Source: an uncultured Actinomycetota bacterium
Lineage (GTDB): Bacteria > Actinomycetota > Actinomycetes > JADGOV01
Direction: 5' to 3'
Assembly: GCA_963814355.1 (NCBI GenBank)
Contig: CAWFCZ010000006.1
Location: 190,746 to 254,745 of the forward strand
Length of the DNA stretch: 64,000 bases
Each line of letters opens with the position of its first letter. Position 1 is the first letter of the stretch. Made by a program: the position numbers and the translations under genes. The notes below the pieces were generated by a model. That model saw only the letters and a program-made list of their open reading frames with translations. It was not told the DNA's origin and did not search any database. Positions 57,720-64,000 of this stretch are shown here, in pieces.

Positions 57720-57794
57720 ATGACGGTAGCCCGAAGTGTCGCCGATGTCTTGGCCGAGCACGTGAGTTTCGAGGTGGAGTGCATCGACCGGTTG
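57720..57794 (+). pseudogene. Transposase-like ORF, exon 1 (25 codons) upstream of the twintron
   Basis: MTVARSVADVLAEHVSFEVECIDRL, then GTGCG. The reading frame resumes at 63925. Confidence 0.55.
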
Positions 57795-58163
57795 GTGCGC
57801 CACGAGGCGCTGGTGCGCCGTGAGGCGCTGGAAACCGAAGGAGGTGCAAGTCCTTCTCGCCGGGTTGTCGCAGCAGCCCGGTAGGAGCTGAGCGCAGTCC
57901 GAGCCGGGAGACGCCGGGGAGGGCGGGAAGCAGCGCTGACAAAGCCGGGACGGCCTGGTACTGCCAGACGGGTCGGGCCCGGCGAGCGAGATCAGACGGT
58001 ATACGAGAGTGGACTTTCGCACTTTCCCGATGATGGCTGGCTGATGTAGCGCCGGGGTTGCCGGTGCTGGCTTCGCGCGAGACACACCCCCCTTGATCCG
58101 TGATTCGGCGCCTGCGTCGCGAGACCCTCTGTCTGCGTAAACGCAAACAGAGAGAAGAATGGC

Positions 58164-58493
58164 ATGGCCATGTCGAACACACCGCCCAAGGGGACACCGC
58201 AGCTGCTGCGCGGATCCCTGGTGACGCTGCGCCGCCGGTGCGGCAAGGCGAGCTGCCGGTGCGCCGATGGGCAGGCACTGCACGAAGCGCCGGCGTTGAG
58301 CTACTCCGAGAATGGGCGGACTCGGATGCTGACGCTGGCCGACACCGACGTGCCGGGCGTGGCCGCGGCGCTGGAGCGCTACCGGGCCGCGCAGTCCGAG
58401 CTGGAGGGCAAAGCCAACTCCGGGCTGGTCGCGCTGGGCAACAAGATCGCCGCCGACCGGGCCGCGGGCCGCCGCCCGCGGCGGGGCCGGTGA
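58164..58493 (+). CDS. Small accessory protein with a CGKxxCxC motif
   Basis: LLRGSLVTLRRRCGKASCRCADGQALHEAPALSYSENGRTRMLTL. Its stop overlaps the GTG of the transposase (GTGA). Confidence 0.5.
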   Translation: MAMSNTPPKGTPQLLRGSLVTLRRRCGKASCRCADGQALHEAPALSYSENGRTRMLTLADTDVPGVAAALERYRAAQSELEGKANSGLVALGNKIAADRAAGRRPRRGR

Positions 58494-59776
58494 CCGGGTG
58501 GACGGCGCTGCTGGAAGGCACCCGCACGGTGTTCCGCGCGCCCAGCTTCGCCCTGTTCACCGAGCTGCTCACCGGCTGGGTGTGCGCGCCCGGCCGGCGC
58601 ACCATCACCGCGATGATCGCGGTCGCCGACCCGGCCGGGCGCCGCGCCCACGACGCCTACCACCGGTTCGTCCGCGACGGCGCCTGGAGCATGAGCCGGC
58701 TCTGGCAGGTGCTGGCCGGGCACGCGGTCGCCAGGTTCGCCCCCACCGGGGTGATCGCCCTGGACTGTGACGACACCCTGTTCCACAAGACCGGAACCCA
58801 GGTCAACGGTGCCGGGATCTTCCGGGACGCGGTGCGCTCCACGCTGCGCCGCGTCGTCTACGCGCTCGGGCTCAACCTGGTCGTGGTCACCCTACGGGTC
58901 CCCCCGCCGTGGGGCGGGGGCCCGATCGCCGTCCCGGTCAACGCCCGGCTGCACACCAAGCGGGACACCACGACCACCGCCGGGCACGCGGCCGCGATGA
59001 TCCGCGAGCTCGCCGGATGGCTACCGGACCGGCGGCTGCACCTGTGCGCGGACGGCGCCTACGCCTGCCTGGCCGGGGCCGGCCTGCCCCGCACCCAGGT
59101 CACCTCCCGGATGCGCCGCGACGCCGCCCTCTACCAGCCCGCACCGCCGCGCACCGGCAAACGCGGGCGGCCCCGCACCAGGGGCGACCGGCTACCCACC
59201 CCGACCGAACTGGCCGCGCAGGCCGGCAAGAGGGACTGGGCCACGGTCACCGTCGACGAGCGAGGCAAACCCGTGCCACGCCTCGTCCACGTCCTCGACG
59301 TGCTCTGGTACGCGGTCAACAAGACCGACCTGGTCCGGCTGGTCATCATCCGCGACCCGACCGGGGTGCAACCCGACGACTTCTTCCTCACCACCGACCT
59401 GGCCGCCACCGGCGCTCAAGTCGCCTCCCGCTACGCCGGACGCTGGTCCATCGAGGTGTGCTTCCGCGACGTCAAACAGGCCCTCGGCGGGGAGAACCCG
59501 CAGTCCTGGAAACGCGCCGGCCCCGAACGAGCCGCCGCCCTCTCGCTGTGGCTCCACGGACTCACCTGGTGCTGGTACCTCGAAGCACACCCGGCCGGCG
59601 GAACCTGGATCCCCCGACCCTGGTACCGGACCAAGGCCACCCCCAGCTTCCTCGACGCCCTCGCCGCGCTACGCAGAACCCTGTGGGCACAACGAATTAC
59701 AGCCATGTCAGCCAGCGAAGCCGAGAACCACAAAATCAACGAGGCACTGCTGGACACGGTCGCCTACGCGGCATGA
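58490..59776 (+). CDS. DDE transposase, IS701/IS4-like
   Basis: FRAPSFALFTELLTGWVCAPGRRTIT, IALDCDDTLFHKTG, LCADGAYAC, RYAGRWSIEVCFRDVKQ. Confidence 0.6.
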   Translation: MTGWTALLEGTRTVFRAPSFALFTELLTGWVCAPGRRTITAMIAVADPAGRRAHDAYHRFVRDGAWSMSRLWQVLAGHAVARFAPTGVIALDCDDTLFHKTGTQVNGAGIFRDAVRSTLRRVVYALGLNLVVVTLRVPPPWGGGPIAVPVNARLHTKRDTTTTAGHAAAMIRELAGWLPDRRLHLCADGAYACLAGAGLPRTQVTSRMRRDAALYQPAPPRTGKRGRPRTRGDRLPTPTELAAQAGKRDWATVTVDERGKPVPRLVHVLDVLWYAVNKTDLVRLVIIRDPTGVQPDDFFLTTDLAATGAQVASRYAGRWSIEVCFRDVKQALGGENPQSWKRAGPERAAALSLWLHGLTWCWYLEAHPAGGTWIPRPWYRTKATPSFLDALAALRRTLWAQRITAMSASEAENHKINEALLDTVAYAA

Positions 59777-60210
59777 GCCCACGCGGACACTGCGAAACTC
59801 CACCGAGAGGAACCAGTGGTAAAGCTCCGTAAGCGTGGCACCGGCTCAAATCTGGTGGATATGGGCCGGGGTGCAGTGCGTGGTCATCCGCGGTGGATGG
59901 CCGACTCCGTAGCCGGCTTGGCGTGCCGGTGGGGAGGCCACGGTGAAAGCCTGCGGCGTAACCGTGGCGATGCTGCCGGGGCAAAGCTGGGTGCCAAGCT
60001 GATCGATCGGTTTGCAGTGAACACGGGAACCATCCCGTGCCGTTCCGGTCGCCCGGAATCCATCCGGGCCGTCGGGATAGACACGTCGTCGGTTGAAGGC
60101 GCGGGATGGGGCGGAGGCTCCGTAGTAGTCCGAGCGGGCGAGAAGCCCGCACATGGCGAAGGGAGCCAGCAAGTCAGCAGCCGAAGTACTGGAATGCCAG
60201 GAGGCCGTTG

Positions 60211-61629
60211 GTGAACACCGACGATCCGGATAGCGCTCTGCCGCAAGCAGAACGCCGGGTACTGGAGATCCAGACCAAGCTGCACCGTTGGGCCAGTGAT
60301 GACTCTCATCGCCGGTTCGATGATCTCTATAACCTTGTCGCCGATCCCGCGTTCCTGCTGGTCGCGTGGGGTCGGGTGCGGGGTAACAGGGGTGCACGCA
60401 CCGCCGGGGTGGACGGCGAGACCGCCCACTACATCGAGGCGGTGCGTGGGCTGCAGGGGTTTCTGTCCGAGCTGCGGGCTGATCTCAAGGCCGGCACGTT
60501 CGAGCCTCTGCCGGTGCGGCGACGCGCGATTCCCGAGGCAGGCGGCAAGCTGCGCTATCTCGGGATCGCGACCATCCGTGACCGAGTAGCCCAGGCGTCC
60601 TTGAAGCTGGTGTTGGAGCCGATCTTCGAAGCGGATTTTCTCCCGTGCTCCTACGGGTTCCGTCCGAACCGCCGGGCGCATGACGCGGTGGCCGAGGTGC
60701 ATCACTTCGCGTCCCGCTCCTACGAGTGGGTCGTCGAGGGTGACATCAAAGCCTGTTTCGACGAAATCTCGCATTCGGCCCTGATGGATCGGGTGCGCGA
60801 TCGGGTCGGTGACAGACGGGTCCTGGGCCTGGTGAAGGCGTTTCTGAAAGGTGGCATCCTTACTGAGGACGGCACGCTTTCAGATACCGACGCCGGCACC
60901 CCGCAAGGGTCGATTCTCTCCCCGTTGCTGAGCAACGTGGCCTTGTCGGTCCTGGACGAATACATCGCCCAGGCACCTGGAGGCCCCGCCGCCAGCGCGT
61001 ATGAACGGGCCAAGCGTCGCCGTCAGGGTCTGCCCAACTACCGGCTCTGCCGGTACGCGGACGACTGGTGCCTGGCAGTGTCGGGCACCAGGGCGCACGC
61101 CGAAGCCCTGCGGGAAGAGATCGCCGGGGTCCTCGCCGGGATGGGCCTGCGCCTGTCACCGGAGAAGACCCTGATCACCCACATCGATGAGGGCCTCGTC
61201 TTCCTCGGCTGGCGCATCCAGCGCCACCGTAAGCGGGGTACCGGCAGGAGCTACGTCTACGTCTATCCGGCCAAGAAGGCGCTGGTCGCCGTCATGGCCA
61301 AGGTGAAGACACTCTGTCGACAGAGCACGAACCTGCCGCTCGATGTCCTGCTACATCGGCTCAACCGGATGCTGCGGGGCTGGACCGCGTACTTCAAGTA
61401 CGGCTGCTCGAACGCGACCTTCAGCTACCTGAGGTCCTACCTGTGGAAACAGGTCATCAGGTGGCAGGAGCGCAAGCATCGGCGCACTGGCTGGAAGGAG
61501 TTGCGCCGACGCTACGGCAGATGGCCCGCCGACGGTGGCGTGGAACTGTTCGACCCGGCGAGGGTGCGCGCGAAGCGCTACTACTACCGGGGAGCCCGAA
61601 TCCCGACACCCTGGCCGAGCACAGCATGA
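60211..61629 (+). CDS. Group II intron reverse transcriptase/maturase (inner intron IEP)
   Basis: GTG follows AGGAGG. RT blocks: IPEAGGKLRYLGIATIRDRV, SYGFRPNRRAHDA, TPQGSILSPLLSNV, RYADDWCL. Maturase region: LGWRI...RGWTAYFKYG. No HNH tail. Confidence 0.9.
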   Translation: MNTDDPDSALPQAERRVLEIQTKLHRWASDDSHRRFDDLYNLVADPAFLLVAWGRVRGNRGARTAGVDGETAHYIEAVRGLQGFLSELRADLKAGTFEPLPVRRRAIPEAGGKLRYLGIATIRDRVAQASLKLVLEPIFEADFLPCSYGFRPNRRAHDAVAEVHHFASRSYEWVVEGDIKACFDEISHSALMDRVRDRVGDRRVLGLVKAFLKGGILTEDGTLSDTDAGTPQGSILSPLLSNVALSVLDEYIAQAPGGPAASAYERAKRRRQGLPNYRLCRYADDWCLAVSGTRAHAEALREEIAGVLAGMGLRLSPEKTLITHIDEGLVFLGWRIQRHRKRGTGRSYVYVYPAKKALVAVMAKVKTLCRQSTNLPLDVLLHRLNRMLRGWTAYFKYGCSNATFSYLRSYLWKQVIRWQERKHRRTGWKELRRRYGRWPADGGVELFDPARVRAKRYYYRGARIPTPWPSTA

Positions 61630-62370
61630 GATGCACCGCAAAACCCCACGGGGCTTGTGGAGAGCCCGGTGCGCTGTGAGGCGCACGCCGGGTTCGGGAG
61701 GCGACACGGGGAAACCCACCGGTAGCAATGCCGGCAGGGCGCCCCGTGTCGACCTCACTGTGTTCGAGTGGAGGTGAGAGACCTGCACCGTCAGGCCGTC
61801 GCAGCGGTCTGATGAAGCTGGGGGCAGTCCGATCCGGGGGACGCCGGTGAGGGCGGCAAGCAGCCCCGACAACGACGGGATGCGTCGGTACTGCCAGACG
61901 ACGCAGGTCCGGCAAGCAAGGCCAGAAGGCGTACGCGAGGAACCAACGTGTAACGCCCCGTAAGCGATGCGCCGGCTCCAACCTGGCGGATATGGGCCGG
62001 GGTGCAGCGCACGGCCCCTTCGTGAATGTGGGGGGGTCGACTCCGAAGCCCGTTAATTCGGCGGGTCAGGAGGCCGCGTCGAAGGTCTGCGGCGTAGGCG
62101 CGGCGAGGCTGCCGGGGCAAAGTTGGGCGCCCATCCTGGCCAATCGACATGCAGTGAACGTGGGAACCAGCCGAGGTCGCCCGTTCCCCGGCCAGCCAGG
62201 CCGATGGGCGGGCAGGTTCGTCGCCGACTGATGGTCTCGGGTGGGGCGGAGGCCCCGTAGTAGTCGCGGGAATCACGAACCCGTCGCGGAGTCCGGGAGA
62301 GCCGGATGCAGGGCGAAGGGGGCCAGCAAGTCAGCAGTCGAGGAACTGGAAGACCAGGAGGAGGACGTAG

Positions 62371-63798
62371 GTGAACACCGACGTGCTGGAGCAGGCTAAG
62401 TTCGACGCCGAGCGCCGGGTACTGGAGATTCAGACCAAGCTGCACCGTTGGTCGGCGGCTGATGCTGGGCGCCGATTCGACGACCTGTACAACCTCGTCT
62501 GCGATCCGGCCTTCCTGCTGGTGGGCTGGCTTCGCGTGCGGGCCAATAAGGGTGCGCGCACCGCTGGGGTGGACGGTCAGACCGCCCGCTATATCGAGGC
62601 GGTGCGCGGGGTGGAGGAGTTCCTCACGGAACTGCGGTCGGCGTTGAAAGACCGCAGCTTCCAGCCTCTGCCCACGCGTCAGCGGGCGATTCCCAAGGCG
62701 GGCGGCAAGCTCCGCTACCTGGGGATCGCGACTATCCGCGACCGCGTGGTGCAGGCGTCCTTGAAGCTGGTGTTGGAGCCGATCTTCGAGGCGGACTTCC
62801 AGCCGTGCAGTTACGGCTTCCGCCCGAAGCGCCGGGCACACGACGCGGTGGCCGAGGTGCGCCACCTCACCTCCCACTCCTATGAGTGGATCGTTGAGGG
62901 CGACATCAAGGCCTGCTTCGACGAAATCTCGCATCCGGCCTTGATGGATCGGGTGCGGGCACGCGTCGGGGACAAACGCGTACTGGCCCTGGTGAAGGCG
63001 TTCCTCAAAGCGGGCGTCCTCGATGAGGATCGTGTGCTGCGAGACACCGATGCCGGCACTGCGCAAGGGTCGATCCTTTCGCCGTTGCTGAGTAACGTGG
63101 CCCTTTCGGTGCTCGACGATCACATCGCCCGAGCACCGGGCGGGCCCGCGATCAGCCTCTACCGCCGCGCGAAGCGCCGCGCCCACGGTCTGCCCAACTA
63201 CCGGCTGGTCCGGTTTGCGGACGACTGGTGCCTGATGATCTCCGGCACGCGGGCTGACGCGGAAGCGCTGCGGGAGGAAACGGCGGACGTCCTCGCGACG
63301 ATGGGCTTGCGCCTCTGGCCGGAGAAGACGCTGATCACCCATATCGACGAGGGCCTGAACTTCCTGGGCTGGCGCATCCAACGTCACCAGAAGAAGGGCA
63401 CCAACCGGCGCTACGTTTATACCTACCCGTCCAAGAAGGCCCTTGCGGCCATCCAGGACAAGGTACGCGCGTTGTGCCGACAGGGCGTCAACCTGCCGCT
63501 GGCAGTTCTGCTGCATCGGCTCAACCAGGTGCTGCGGGGCTGGACCGCCTTCTTCCGGCACGGCGTGTCGCATGCCACCTTCCAATACCTGCGCGCCTTC
63601 ACCTGGCGGCAGGTCTTCAGATGGTTGCGACGCAAACACCGCCGGGCCAACTGGAAGGATCTCCGCCGCCGCTACTGCGGCGGCGGGTGGTGGCCGCGAG
63701 ACGGCGAGATGACGTTGTTCAATCCCGGCGCGGTGCGCACCAACTGGTACCGGTACCGGGGAACGGCGATCCCCTCCCCGTGGCCCAGCGCGGCGTGA
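62371..63798 (+). CDS. Group II intron reverse transcriptase/maturase (outer intron IEP)
   Basis: Same block structure, with RFADDWCL. By eye roughly three-quarters identical to the inner IEP. Confidence 0.9.
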   Translation: MNTDVLEQAKFDAERRVLEIQTKLHRWSAADAGRRFDDLYNLVCDPAFLLVGWLRVRANKGARTAGVDGQTARYIEAVRGVEEFLTELRSALKDRSFQPLPTRQRAIPKAGGKLRYLGIATIRDRVVQASLKLVLEPIFEADFQPCSYGFRPKRRAHDAVAEVRHLTSHSYEWIVEGDIKACFDEISHPALMDRVRARVGDKRVLALVKAFLKAGVLDEDRVLRDTDAGTAQGSILSPLLSNVALSVLDDHIARAPGGPAISLYRRAKRRAHGLPNYRLVRFADDWCLMISGTRADAEALREETADVLATMGLRLWPEKTLITHIDEGLNFLGWRIQRHQKKGTNRRYVYTYPSKKALAAIQDKVRALCRQGVNLPLAVLLHRLNQVLRGWTAFFRHGVSHATFQYLRAFTWRQVFRWLRRKHRRANWKDLRRRYCGGGWWPRDGEMTLFNPGAVRTNWYRYRGTAIPSPWPSAA

Positions 63799-63924
63799 AC
63801 ATCATCGTCACCAACGGGGCTTGTGGAGCGCCCGTTGCCCGGGAACGGGCACGGCGGGTGCGGAGGGCGGTCCGGGGAAACGGGCTGGTCGCAAGGCCAG
63901 CACCGCGCCCCGGACCGACCCTAC

Positions 63925-64000
63925 GTGCTCAACGCCTACTTCCCGCTGGGGCACAGCCCTGGTGGGTTCCGGGTGTGGTGGCGGAGATGGCATGACGACA
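63925..64000 (+). pseudogene. Transposase-like ORF, exon 2 (continues beyond the window)
   Basis: VLNAYFPLGHSPGGFRVWWRRWHDD, in frame with exon 1 (…ECIDRL|VLNAY…). Confidence 0.5.

Larger units (their letters stand above)
58009..59803 (+). mobile_element. IS element (IS701/IS4-like) inside inner-intron domain I, with a 5-bp duplication CGAGA
   Basis: Inverted repeats GTGGACTTTCGCA (58009-) and TGCGAAACTCCAC (-59803). CGAGA occurs at 58004-58008 and 59804-59808. Confidence 0.75.
57813..61758 (+). mobile_element. Inner group II intron, inserted after nt 18 of the outer intron and itself interrupted by an IS
   Basis: 5' GTGCGCCGTGAGGCGCTGGAAACCGAAGGAGGTGCAAGTCC, a domain V-like 34-mer at 61662-61695 and a 3' ...GACCTCAC. 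Its domain I is colinear with the outer intron once 58009-59808 is removed. Confidence 0.7.
57795..63924 (+). mobile_element. Outer group II intron (57795-57812 plus 61759-63924), containing the inner intron
   Basis: 5' GTGCGCC..., domains I-III upstream of the IEP ORF (CGTAGTAGTC motif at ~62255), a domain V-like 34-mer at 63828-63861 and a 3' ...CCCTAC. The exons join in frame. Confidence 0.7.
56149..64000 (+). mobile_element. RIT-2 element, copy 2 (left IR, ritA, start of ritB; then interrupted; continues beyond the window)
   Basis: The inverted repeat and ritA are identical to copy 1. ritB is broken about 60 nt after its start. Confidence 0.6.

Noticed and set aside
57795-57830. The tandem 18-mers GTGCGCCACGAGGCGCTG / GTGCGCCGTGAGGCGCTG were first read as a simple tandem repeat or a pair of terminator-like hairpins (GCGCC-NNNN-GGCGC).
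   Set aside because: They are better explained as the 5' ends of two nested group II introns. The sequence after the second copy and the sequence after 61758 both continue colinearly as intron domain I.
58100-58489. N-terminal extensions of the IS transposase ORF (58100-58489), the inner IEP ORF (60106-60210) and the RitC ORF (24549-24731).
   Set aside because: The extensions overlap upstream genes or intron RNA domains. GTG starts that overlap the upstream stop (58490, 24548) or follow an RBS (60211) fit much better.
1-64000. Looked for CRISPR arrays, rRNA and tRNA genes.
   Set aside because: I saw no regularly spaced short direct repeats and no sequence resembling rRNA or tRNA cloverleaf signatures. 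A tRNAscan or Infernal run would be needed for certainty.

Overview
GC-rich, actinobacterial-type DNA, judged from codon bias and an F420-type LLM oxidoreductase; the genus cannot be determined. By eye the G+C content is lower in one cell-surface polysaccharide gene cluster. That cluster carries a priming glycosyl-P transferase, GT2 and GT4 glycosyltransferases, a Wzx-like flippase, a Wzy-like polymerase, a Wzz/BY-kinase-like protein and two secreted glycoside hydrolases. It now lies in three pieces (about 3.1-8.5 kb, 18.9-20.3 kb and 41.2-53.1 kb), separated by roughly 40 kb of nested, mostly decayed mobile DNA.

The mobile DNA is dominated by tyrosine-recombinase transposons:
- Two families of recombinase-in-trio (RIT) elements. 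RIT-1 is present as one complete and one partial copy. RIT-2 is present as one internally deleted and one interrupted copy.
- At least five Tn554-like modules (tnpA/tnpB/tnpC-like), labelled V, W, X, Y and Z here.

Other elements present are IS3, IS630, IS5, IS110, IS21, ISAs1, IS256, ISAzo13, ISL3, IS1595 and IS701-like elements or fragments, plus two group II introns.

Main observations:
1. A twintron. One group II intron sits 18 nt inside another. The inner one is split by an IS, and the whole lies in a transposase-like ORF inside a RIT element.
2. Both RIT families carry a lox-like 13-6-13 palindrome at one junction, built on the 6-bp target hexamer.
3. RIT-1 is inserted at the same CACGAYCTGCGGCA sequence, encoding the catalytic HDLRH box, in two different recombinase genes.
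4. The Tn554-like elements Y and Z sit exactly at the Box I and HxxRH codons of element W's recombinase.
5. One IS256 copy acts as a 17.8-kb scaffold holding five other elements.
6. A small zinc-ribbon ORF family recurs immediately downstream of the transposase gene in both IS3 and IS256 elements.

I recognised no rRNA, tRNA or CRISPR array. All family assignments come from motif recognition by eye; no database search was possible.
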